A stretch of DNA of 60,664 nucleotides, counting the filler, from an uncultured bacterium (GTDB lineage: Bacteria > Auribacterota > CAZIXI01): the NCBI GenBank assembly GCA_964543115.1. It is 4 parts of 4 records of this genome, joined end to end, with 100 filler letters (N's around TTAATTAATTAA, not from the genome) between each part and the next. Parts side by side here need not be neighbours in the genome. Positions count along the whole stretch, not along the records: positions 15,710 to 30,698 come from CAZIXI010000058.1; positions 30,799 to 45,730 come from CAZIXI010000059.1; 2 more parts are not named here. The stretch is one strand, 5' to 3'. Below the pieces are notes generated by a model, which was not told the DNA's origin, ran no database searches, and saw nothing but the letters and a program-made list of their open reading frames with translations. Position 1 is the first letter of the stretch; every line of letters begins with the position of its first letter. The translations under genes and the position numbers were made by a program. This document shows, piece by piece, positions 27,933 to 39,700 of this stretch.

Positions 27933-29888
27933 GCGCTACCCCTTTTCGCCTCAACAGCCAGGCAATTATTCCAACAACAATAAGCAGTAATGGCACAAGG
28001 AATGTGTTTAAAATAAATAGCGTGTTGCCCAATTTTTCTTTATCCTGCCGCAGATTCTTGCGCACTTCTCTCAGGGCCCGTTTGGTCTCGGCTTTCTCTT
28101 GCTGAAACTTCTTAATCTCGTTAACCATCGCCTGATCAAATACCTGTTTACCCTCTTGATCCTGCGGGGCCCGCAGTTTGCGCAATCTCTCATTGGCCTC
28201 GTCCAGTTTACTCTGCAGTTCCTTCTCCCGGTCCTGCCAGGTCGCCGCGGCCAGCGCCTCAATCTCCTTCACCTTGGTAAAGGGACGCGCGGATTTTCCG
28301 CGTGACCGGATACTGATCAAGTCCGTGGACCCGGTCAGATTCTCCACCCCATTGGCCAGAAAAGAAATATTATCATTAATCATAAAAACCAGCCGCTGAC
28401 CGAAAAAGTTCTGGGTCCGGGCGGAAAAATCGTCACTCAGACAATCTACATCAGCAACCACAATCAGATTAACCGCCTCCTTACTCATCTTTAAATAATC
28501 TCGTGACACGTCCTCCGCCGGCTCCTCTTTCTTTTCTTCTTCCTCGCCGGCAGGCTTTTCCTCCTTTGGCGCACCTTCAGAAAAAGCAGTTTTCAAGTTA
28601 CCCTCTATCCTCACCGNNNNNNNNNNCGGTCAAGCGGCCGCGCGCCAGCAACATAATCCTTTAACAAGCGTTCCGGATTACCGCCAAACATTACGTCACT
28701 GGCAGAGAGTTGCGCAGCTTCTTTATCCGTAAACATGAGCGGCGTTACCGTTACTCCTTCCTGCTTATCTATTCTGAACCGGCCGGCATCGACAAGCAGT
28801 ATATGCTCCAGATTACCGGTAACCATATCGTTTTTGTCCAGGTTTTCCTCACCCAGAGTGAGCCAGACAATATTATTGGCCGTCATGCCCTGGGCGTAAC
28901 CGACCTGTGTAGCGGCTTTCTTATCCGCCACCACCTTATCGATATTCATACTGATTCCCCAGGCAGAAAACAATTCCGGCAAATTAGAACTGCGTTTAGA
29001 GGTAAACCGGGCATAGGGATTGTTGGGATCCGCTTCCGGCTCATCCACTTCACACAGCGGATCGACAAATATAAAGGTATGCCCACCGCCAAGTATATAC
29101 TGGTCAATGGCAAATTGTGTTTTCCGGGAAAGCTCTTTCGGATGGATTATTAAAAGCACATCTATATTCGCGGGAATCTCATTTATTTCTTTTCCCAGAT
29201 CACTCAGCTGATAAAGCTTCTGCAGTTCCGCGATACAAACCCAGGGCTGCTCAAACTGCCCCTGATTCATCCGCATCATGTACTGGTTCTGCGGCATGGT
29301 GCCCATTACCGGCAATGAAGAAATAACCCCAATCCGCTGCTGACGGGGATTGGTAACGGAATAAATCCCCTTCGTTATATCATACTCCAGGAACTCCTCC
29401 CGGTTGGGATCGATAAAAGGGATTACTTCCTCATGGTCCAATTGATCGGAGATTACCAGGCCAAAATAAAGGTTACCCATATTAGTAGGAATCGCCTTAA
29501 TACCGTAACGCAGGGCCCATTCTTCTGTTTCCGTATCCGGCCGCGGGTCAAACACCTCCAGCTTGATCTTTCCTTTAGCTTTAGCGGCATATTCCCGCAG
29601 CATATCCTCCACCCGGTCGCCGTACAAAACCAGGAAAGGAATATCCGCGGCATCGGTCTTGCTAAAATAAAATTTCAGGGTCACCTTATTGTCCGGGTCA
29701 ATACTGTTAATAATATTCTCCGTGCCGGCAGTCAGGGTATATAAACTTTCATCGGTAACATCCAGTTTAACGTTCCGAAAGGCAAAATTCGCGATCAGAT
29801 TAACCAGCACAATAATAACGGCAATAATAATGATCCCGGTTATTCCCTGCAGAATCCGCCAAAATGATTTTTTCGGTTTACCGGCCAT
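27922..29888 (-). CDS. GldG-like ABC-transporter auxiliary component; one gene interrupted by a 10-N scaffold gap at 28617-28626
   Basis: N part: LDVTDESLYTLT, LEYDIT, DQYILGGG..IFVDP. C part: LIVVADVDCLSD, N..FLANGVENLTG..DLISIRSR, then a C-terminal TM helix. The two track ORFs abut at the N run. Confidence 0.8.
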
Positions 29889-29890
29889 TT

Positions 29891-30625
29891 TTATCCCATC
29901 CGTTTATTCTGAATAACAATTGAAGTCGCCATCAGAAAACCAATAATTAACGAACCAAAATAAATAAAATCGCGCAATTGCAAAATACCCTTCTGAATAT
30001 TATTAAAATGCGTGACAAAACTGAAATTAATGATCTGATCGACAAACCAGACAGGCACAACAGCCTTGAGCATGGTGATAAACGGCGTAAACCCGATTAG
30101 CACCAGAAACAGGCAGAAAACCGTGGTGGTAATGAAACTGACAATCTGGTTGCGGGAACAGGCGGAAAAGAAACTACCCACCGCCAGGTAGGCGCCGGCC
30201 AGCAGAAAACTTCCCAAATAGCCGCAAGCAATTATTCCCCAGTCAGGACTTCCCAGATACCAGACCGTAAGCACCATCGGGAAGGTCAGCACCAGAGCCA
30301 GACCGGTAAAGATCCAGGCCGCGAGAAATTTCCCTAAAACCGCCTGGCCAATAGTTACCGGCAGGGTAAGAAGAATCTCTATCGTATCCGCGCGATACTC
30401 TTCCGACCAGAGACGCATAGAAACCGCCGGAATGAAAAAAAGATAAAGCCAGGTATGCCAGGTAAAAAACGGCCGCAGGTCCGCCTGCGACCGGGAATAA
30501 AAATTACCCAGCTTAAAAGTAAAGATCCCCGTTAAAACCAGGAAAATCACCAAAAAGACATAGGCCACCGGCGTATCGAAATACGACCTTAATTCTCGTT
30601 TAGTAACGGTCATAATATTCTTCAT
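29891..30625 (-). CDS. ABC-2 type permease (GldF-like)
   Basis: Likely start MKNIMTVTKRELRSYF; SMRLWSEE..DTIEILLTLPV and VLGKFLA; six TM helices. Confidence 0.88.
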   Translation of the reverse strand: MKNIMTVTKRELRSYFDTPVAYVFLVIFLVLTGIFTFKLGNFYSRSQADLRPFFTWHTWLYLFFIPAVSMRLWSEEYRADTIEILLTLPVTIGQAVLGKFLAAWIFTGLALVLTFPMVLTVWYLGSPDWGIIACGYLGSFLLAGAYLAVGSFFSACSRNQIVSFITTTVFCLFLVLIGFTPFITMLKAVVPVWFVDQIINFSFVTHFNNIQKGILQLRDFIYFGSLIIGFLMATSIVIQNKRMG

Positions 30626-30698
30626 AACAAGATAACTCACTCCGCTGGTGAAGTTCAAGCAATAAAAACAAATAATTTTCTTAACGCAGAGATCGCAA

Positions 30699-30798
30699 NN
30701 NNNNNNNNNNNNNNNNNNNNNNNNNNNNNNNNNNNNNNNNNNTTAATTAATTAANNNNNNNNNNNNNNNNNNNNNNNNNNNNNNNNNNNNNNNNNNNN
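30699..30798. other. Artificial contig linker
   Basis: 44 N + TTAATTAATTAA + 44 N. Confidence 0.97.
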
Positions 30799-33700
30799 TT
30801 TATCAGCGTACCTAAATGTTGATCATCCAGATAATCAAATTGTTGATTAGCGCCAAACATTCCCGCCTGCTGCAGCTGCGATTTCAATTCTGCCATATTT
30901 TCCAGCAGACTAATGGCTGTTTCTCTATTCACACCGTCAATACCGGAAACCGTTCCCGCAATCGCCCAAAAGGCCATGATACTGTTTGCTGCCTGCTGCT
31001 GACTGCTCACCCCTTGCTCATAATCCTCAAACTGAAAATCACGAAAGGTCTCACGGTCAATGGTTTGCGGCGCCATAATCTCCTGCAGATAAGGAATAAA
31101 CTCATTCAGATTGTCCAAATAGGCGGCAATATCCTCATAGGTAAAGGAATGCACCATTCCCTGGGGATCAGTCCATTGCCGGCTGTTAATCAACCGGTAG
31201 TATTGCTGCACCAACTGCCAGTCAGCAGAACTACAGAGCGGCCGGCCCTGTTGCCAAACCAGGAAATCATCGGCAATAAGCTCTGCCAATAACGCCGCTA
31301 TTCCTATATATATATGAAGGGCAGCGATTGCCTCTTCAGCATCCGCTGACAATGTTTTCATTATCCCGGCTAATTCCACCGCTGCCGCTGTTTCTGCGGA
31401 TTGGGGATCAAGTAAGGCCTGCAAATCCGTTATTCCCAATAATTCTGTTAAAATGCCCTCTTCCACTAATTGCGTCATACTGGCAATCAATTCCTCTACC
31501 TCTGCTAATTCACAGCCACCATAGGTAACCAACCCGCTATAATAAGTAAGTAACCCGCGAAAGGCCGGGTCCAGCAGCCGTGCCCTTCTGCCAGTTACAG
31601 CAAGGTACAATTCCGCCACTGGGCTTTTTAATTTTTGTTCATTGCTTAAGGACCGTTCCACTAGTTCCAATCCGTCTTCACCCAGTAAATAGGCCATCAA
31701 CACGCGGTCGGATAATTCTTTTTCTTCCGCCGCAGTTAAGCGGTAATTACCCGGATGGAGAAATTCCGCTACCGGCGCGTAAAGCTTTGCCCGCAATTTA
31801 AGTATTTCTTTAACCTCCTCTTCCGTGAATATTCCCTGCCTTACCGCCCGTGCCCAGCGCTGTGCCTGCTCCACGGTCAGTGACCTTGCCGAATCTGGTA
31901 AACGGCCCTGCACCGATGCCGGAATATGTCTTTTATAATATTCATTCAACTCCCTGATTAATAACAGTTCCGCATGCATTTCTGATTCATCCATTTCACG
32001 ATAACTGCGCATATAATCCCAGAACTCTTCATTATCAGTATAATCCGCCAAACCGCGCATATTAATTTCAATTGATTGTCTGGTTAACTGCCAGCCGCGT
32101 TCATCCACTGCCTGCTCTCCCCGCCCGCGGAAACGAATATTGCTATCCACCTGCCGCCAGGCCGTATCCAGCCGGCGCAGCTGCCCAATCATCCTATTGG
32201 GCGTCATCTCTGCGGCAAACTGCTGGTAATACCCCATCATCGCCGCCACCGCCTGCTGGTTACCAAGATAACTCTGCTGCTGCTCTGCCGCCAATGTCTG
32301 ATCAGCGGCAACTGCGGCTTTTGCCTGCACTAAACCCGCTAATTTAGCGGTAGTAGTTTCCTGCCAGCGGAAAAAAGGATCCATGGCCGACTGGTAACGA
32401 TTAAACAACTGCTCGATCTCTATTTGAATCTGCGTAAATTCCTCTTCTCCTGCCTGCACTGCCTGCGCATAGTCTTCCATATCCCGCTGCAATTGCGTCA
32501 GTTCCTGATCTATATCTGCCAGTATTGCGCGCATCTCCCGCACAGAAGACTGAATATCTTCATCCAGCTGCTGCAACTCATCCCCGGATTCAGCCAGTAA
32601 TTGTTCCAATTGCTGAGCCTTCTCATTTACCCGGGCACGAACATTATCAATCTGGCGGCTGGCTTGAATAAGCAGATCCGCTGCCTCCTCCACATCTACT
32701 AACCGCTCCCTTAACTGTGACAGTTCTCTCAAGTCTCCCTCTTCATTACTTATCCAGTTGCTGATATCTAAGAGCTGTTGCGTAATCTCCGCTGTTTGCC
32801 GGCTGGCCGGTAGACTTCTCCCGGCTGTTGTATCCGTTTCTCCACTGCGGGCTCCGCCCGTCATTGCCGCGGTTGCGGTTGCCAATTCACTGCCCCCGGC
32901 AGAAGATTCAGCCAACTGAATCACCGCCGCGGAATAACCTATTTCCCTGGCCCCATAACTATAAATATCTCCCTGGGCCGCGGACACCTGCTCACGTAAG
33001 GGATGATATTTCGGCGGCAGGACACGCAGCTGCCAGGTCAACTGTACCTGGGCGGTTAACTGTCCCTGCTCTAAAGACACTGCCGCTGACTGACTGCCGC
33101 CCAACTCACCCTCATGCCGCAGCTCCAGATACATCTGCAACCAGGCCAGTTCTTCCAAGCTAAAGCTGTCCAAATCAAAATTTAGCAGTGTAGTTAAAAA
33201 CCATTCCTGATAGGAATTCCAGCTGGCCGCCACCCCGATTTCCCCTAATTCATCATCACTATCCCGCTGATACTGTGCCTGAATATAATCACCCTGCTGA
33301 CTGAGATATTTGGTAAGCGCCGCGGAAAAATCAGCACTTAACTCACCGTCATCTTCCAGATTGCGCGCCAGTCCGGCCTGCACATCCAATTGCAGCCGCA
33401 GCCTTTCCAGTGATATACGTGTATAACCGTCAACCGCCTTGTCCGTTTCCTGCTGCCCGATTATTCCACCCACCTGCGGCCGCACACCCACCACCATACT
33501 GCCGCTGCCCGGCTGTGAAAATACCGTCAGTTCCCCGCTAGAGCTAACCTGCCACTGCACTTGGCCTTCCGCGTTTACTGAACGCTGCAGGTCAACGGAC
33601 ACCCGTCCCCGGTCCGCTGCATAACCCGCACCGGCCTGTAAATCACGGCCGTCGGCTTCACTGAAAGACGCACTGAATCCCTGCCGGTGATAATCTACAG

Positions 33701-36700
33701 CCACGGAATGCCCGGGATATTTGTCACCATAATAATTACGGTACATATTAAGTGCCAGGGACAAACCGCTAAGCGCCTCTGTCAAATTTCCCAGATCACC
33801 CGCCAGTGAAATTGACCAATCCATTTCACCGGTGGTATCCTTTTCATCAGCGCATTGTTCCGTTGTCTGCACCATGGTTGGCCGCAGATAAAAACTCAAT
33901 TTCAGCACATCATCAGTATCACCAACCGTTACTGAATTTCCCCAACCAGCAGTATTGGTCAATCTGCCGTTACTAACCAGCCGGGAAAGATTACCATTAA
34001 CATCCAGGTGCAAAAGAAGAGCGCTGGAAAATACCTGACTGAAGGAAAATCCGCCTTCCATTTCTTCCTGCCGGTCATCCCCGCCCAGATCATAGAACAT
34101 CCGCCGCATGGAGGCGCTTGCGCCTTCTCCCTGCAGATATAATTCTTCCTCTTCACTGCCGTTAAATATATCTATTGTCTTCATACTAGTAACCAGCGTA
34201 CCGCCGTGTTCTTCCACTGTCTCTACCTCCAGACAGAAATGATTACTGCTGCTGATGGAACTGAAAAGATCCGTGCCGCTGACACCGCTGCCGCTCAGTG
34301 ACTGATTAAGATACTGCGGCGCATAATTAACAAAGCGGCGGATGGTATAACGTTTACCATCACGTATTTCTTCATAGATATATTCGGCAACCGGCAGCCG
34401 CACCTCGCCGCCGCCGATCTCAAAGGTAATTGTGCGTTCATTAATACCGGTAAGCAGAGCGGCCCTCTGCTCAATATAACTGCGGGCGGACTGCGTATCA
34501 GTATCAGCAAACTGCAACAACCGCAGCCGGCAGCGATAGAGGGCAATCCGCAGATCCGCCGGCACTTCCCCATCCGCGGCCAATTCTTCTGCCCGCACTT
34601 GATGCAGAAGAAGATCATACTCTGACAGTACGGTTCGCCTCTCTTGTTCCGCCCGCTGGCGAATTTCCACAGCATCAGCCGCCTGCTGATAAATAGGTAC
34701 ATATTCACGGATCAGCAGCGGATCAGCACTGAAAACAATTACCAGCAGCGGCAGATAATTGTGCCGGAACCAATCCAGCCACTGTTCTTCTGTTAGTTCC
34801 AGTTCCGCCGGCGTGGATAATCTCGGCAGCCTCTTATCAGTAAGAACTTCCGCTTGCAGCAATAGTGCCGCCGCCACCGGATCGGTGCGCCAGAATTCTG
34901 CCAGCAGCGGAGAACGCGGCAAGGCGTAAATCCGGATAAGCGCCTGTTCCAGTTTCTTAATTTCACCACTCTCCAGATCAGCAATCAACTCATTAAGTAT
35001 CGCCAGTTCCTCCATTTCTTCTTCTTTATATCCCTGTTCAAGCAATGTGCCCCGAATATATTCCAGGCGCTGCTGGATCACCACTAACATCTGTTTTTCT
35101 GCTTTGCGATTAGAGAGAAAATGTGCCTGTAATACAGTATCTAATTGTGTTACCGCTGCAGTTAATGATTGTTCCTGCGGCAGTTCCGTTTGCCGCATAA
35201 TCTCCAACTGTGCGTTCACCTCCACCAGTAAACTATCTAAGTTATCCGCACCGGCGCTAAACTGTAAATCGATCTGCTGATCATGATCACGCATTACCTT
35301 AGCCAGGGCATGCTCAATCACCTCTTCCTCTTCATCATACCAGCCGTCCAGCATAGCGGTAATTTCCGTTAAACCGGCAGCGAAAAAGGATAATTCCGCG
35401 TAAGTAACGGTTTCCTGGGCCGGCAGCCTTTTTGTTTCCGTTAATAAACCATCAATAACCGGCAGTGCCTCCTCATTAATCGCCCCGGCTGCCACCCGCA
35501 GGGTTTCCAGCCAGGTCACCAAATAATCCATATCATCTGCCGGTACAAAACCGTCATCTGCTTTTAATATTATCGTCTGAGAGATATTTTCAATTGCCGT
35601 TAATGCCGCAGTATAATTTTCCAGATCCCGTTGCAGCTGCCGCAGTACCGCATGACTTTCAATTAGCGTAATTCCCCGTACTATCTTTTCTTCTAAATCA
35701 ATGCGGCTGTCTGTCAGTTCGTCTGCCTCTATACCCAGTTGCTCCAATAACCCTTCCAAGACAGCAAAGACAACAGCAAAATCCTCCGGCTGTGTCTCAC
35801 CCCGGTTATAAATTAGTTCCAGCTCCGTTTCCAATTCGTCCAGTGATGCTGTTAATTCCGGAGCAAATAGCTCCACTTGCTCCCGCAGCTGGCCCAGCCA
35901 ATGGATAAGCGATTGATAATCTTCCTCACTCACCGTCATATCTGCCGACATGGTTCTCACCGCCAGGGAAAGATTTTCAATTGTATCCAGAACCGTTATC
36001 AACTGCTGAAAACGGCCCGCCAATAAATTATAGGCCGCCTGATTATTACGCAAACTAATCTCCTGTCCCATCAACATCTGCAGCTGCGCCTCTAATTCCT
36101 CTTTCTCCTGCCAGAGTTCTACTTCCCGGCGGGAATCAGCATTAAAATCCAGTTGATAAAGCACATCTTTTAATCTATAGGCGGTATCCGCTAACTGAAA
36201 AAGCAATTCTTCCCGCACAGCGGTTTCCTGCCACGTATTAATCGCGCCCAACACCTCGGTCAGCGTGTCCAGCTGCTGTTTGTTACGCCCCAGGTCCAGC
36301 AAGGAAATCAATAATTCCGCTTCCATTAGCGGAGAAACAAGCTCTGGTGTACGGCTGTCAGCCGCAGCAGTGAGCACAGCAGTAATGGACTGTTGCTCCG
36401 CTTCATTACTGTGGGTTTCTCTTACCCTAACCGCCTGAAAACGAACATCACTATCCTCTACCTGCGGCAGCTGCCGCTCAACCAGCTGCGGCGTTTCCGG
36501 TTCACGAAAACTAACGGAAATCCCCAGATCCGCTATTAACCAGGACAACCATACCCGGTCCGTATCCCTCACGACCTGATAGGCATCTGCAATATCCACC
36601 CAGCGCGTGGCCTGCTGCCAGAAAGGATCAACCACCCGCAGCTCGTATCTATTTTCTGCCGGCAGAAAACGCGCCTCCAGCTGACTGAGAGGCTGGCCCT

Positions 36701-39700
36701 GTTCATTCACAAATGTATAACTATAGATATGAGTTGACTGTCCCTCCCCATAGGGTATATGCCGATAGATCTCTTGCTGCACCGAAGTACCGGCAAACGG
36801 TCCGTCTTTTACCCGGCGGCCGGCAAAATAGCGCATCTTTTCATCAATCGCCCTTACCTCCGGATGGTCATGGCCCACGGTATAACTCACCGCCAGTGCC
36901 GCGGCAAAATACCGCATTACTGTTTCATCGGTACTGCCGCTAGTGGTTAAATCCATTAATGCTGCCTGATAATTATTAAGCGCCATACGCCTCTGCTGCC
37001 GGCCCAGTTCATTATCCAGCTGTACACGCAGCTGCTGGCCGCGGATCATTTCCTCTAATTGCGCAATCATGGCTATCTGTTCTGCTGATCTATTGTGCAT
37101 ATTGGCCAGACTGACAATATTAAACAAACCAGCCATGGCAAACTGGATCAAATAACTCAGCGGCTCCTGCCCCGCCGGCAGCGGACATTGAATAGTAAAG
37201 GCGGTATGCTGCTCCAAATCCTCTTGCGCCGCGGTTAATTCACTAAGATAAACATGACTTTCCAGAAAAGCGGCTTGCTGCGGCGCCATTTCAATGATCT
37301 CCAGGCCCGCTAGCCGCTGCAGCAGATCCTGGACATTATCCAGATCAGCCTTATCTTGACCAGATCTTACCAACAAAGACAACTGCTGCAAAATAGCTTG
37401 TGCCTCCGCCAGCTCTTCCGCATCACCTTGGTTGTTTTCCCGCAGCCAGGAAATAATACTCTTCCAGGTTTCAATTTTATATTTAAGATGTGTCTGTTTG
37501 ATTACCTGCTGTTTACCCAGCCGCGGCTTTTCCACGCGCAGAGCCGCCAGTTCCGCCGCATTCTGCTCAATCTCCGCCGGCAGGGAAATAGGCTGGGTGA
37601 GCGCCAATACACTATCAACAAATTCCCGGCTAAAATCTATGGGAATAAGATTACCCCTAAGCACATTTCCCAAGCTTCGCTTGGGACTGCCATCGGGGAA
37701 ATTTATAGACTGTCCCTCTTCCATTAAAACACTATTCAATTCTTCCTGCAAAGTAGCATCCGGCGGCAGCATCTCCGCCTCCCAGGGATTGGCCGCATAT
37801 TGAAAACGCAATTGTGCCAATAACAATCTCTGTTTTCCTCTTTCCAATTCCACCTGCTGCTGCCCAGCGGCCTGGGCTCCATGTCTGCGCACCAGTGCCT
37901 CATATTCCTCATTGGCCTCTAACAACTCCATATAAGAAAGAATAATAAACATCCTTATTTCCTGTTCCATTAACTGCCGCGCCGTTTTGGCCCAGACCAT
38001 ACGCATTCCCTCCGGCACCCCGGAATGATACTGGTACATAAAACTCAACATCGGCGTCATTAAGGTAACCTGCTGCTGCAATTCAGCGCCCAAGGGTGTG
38101 GCCCCTAAACCCGCTTCCAGTGAAACAGAGATATTTTGATTGATGCGCCGCAGCTGCAGAAACGCGTTTTCATATTCAGCATCTTCTATCTGCAGCAGAA
38201 CATTATCTTCCGTGTCAGAAACTGCCGCTGCCATAATCTCTTCCAGATTGGCCAATACCAGTTCCTGCTCTTCCGGAACCAGGCGTACCGGTGTGGCACT
38301 AGCCAGCATTTCCGTCAATTCTGCTTCTGCCTGGGTAATGGCCCGGGCATAAAACCGCAGATTCTCCGTAAACACTTGATCAAGATACCCGCGGTAATCA
38401 CGGTATAGCTTAGTTGTGCGAATAACATCACCATCCTCCAGTTCGCCGGTACCATCCCGCAACTGCTGATAAATATCCCCGTCCCAGGCCTGAAACTGCC
38501 GGCTGGTACCAGGAATCATTGCCCGTTGGCTCAATTGCTGATATTGCCTGACCAGTTCTGCCTGCCGGGCACGCAAATCCTGAATCTCCTTCTCTTTTTC
38601 CGCAATGCGTACGGAAAGCGGCCGGCGGGGATCAGCAGTCAGGTTGACAGAAAATCCAAGATTAAACTTCGTTCCCTCGCTAGTCAATCCGGACTGCGTC
38701 AGGCCGGCGGCAACCGCCGCGGAATCCAGCGGAATGGCGCCAAACCTGGCGGCCCGTAAAAGCGCTACCGCCAAATCCCTTTGTTTTTCATCCAGAGAAA
38801 CATCTCCGGTTAGAACAGCACTATCACCGCTGCGGGCAATCACCTCATTTATTCCGCTTAATTCCGCCAACAGCGGCTCTTCGCGTATATCCGAGATTAA
38901 CTGGGCAGCTGCCTGCTGCCGGGCAAAACGCATTAGTTCCGGCACATCACTTTCCCGCAACCGGCGTTGGGTTTTTCTGCCCGCGGCAATTTCCCTCTCC
39001 AGAAAAGCCGCCACTATACCTGTCTGGGCACCGCTCGGCACCGCATATCTCTCCCGGAAATCCGCCACCGCCAGTGAATGAGTATAGGTAGTGGTCAAAC
39101 CAGTCAGCTCCACATCCGCTGCCAGCAATCCCAGGTTAAGGCCGCGATCCAGCGGCAGCAGCGGCTGTTCCAGTTCCACAATATTGTTGCGGCAGGCAAA
39201 ATGGTGTCCTTCCGGACCAAGATACATAATCCCAAACAACCCGTGCGCAGCCATTATTTCCCGGAACCGTACCCAATGATAGGCATCTAATTCATCACCA
39301 CTCAATTCTTCTCCGCGCGCAACCTTAGCCTTAAGATAGCGCTGCAGTTTATCCGCTGCGACCTGCAGGGAATCACCGCCTTCAACACCCACTAAACTAT
39401 GAAACGCCTGCAATTCTTCACTAACACTAAAAAAAACTTCTTGCTCACTGTCACCGAATTCCGTTGTTACTTCCACGGCCTGTTGTTCCGCGGGCAGCGG
39501 TAACTCGCGAAGAAACCCGCTGCTGGTCATTGATAAATTAAAGCCGCCCTCTTCGCTCCATGTTCTGATGGCGCCATGCGCGCTAACCGTGCGGCCGCGG
39601 GCATTGGTATAACTGCTAAAACCCAGTAAGCGAGCAAAGGCGTCCTGGGAATTATCCTCGGTAACCAGGTCAAAGGCATAACCGTAATTATGTTTACTCT

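Noticed and set aside
28611..28630. Frameshifted or split gldG-like pseudogene
   Set aside because: The break coincides with a 10-N scaffold gap of nominal length. Both halves are intact parts of one family.
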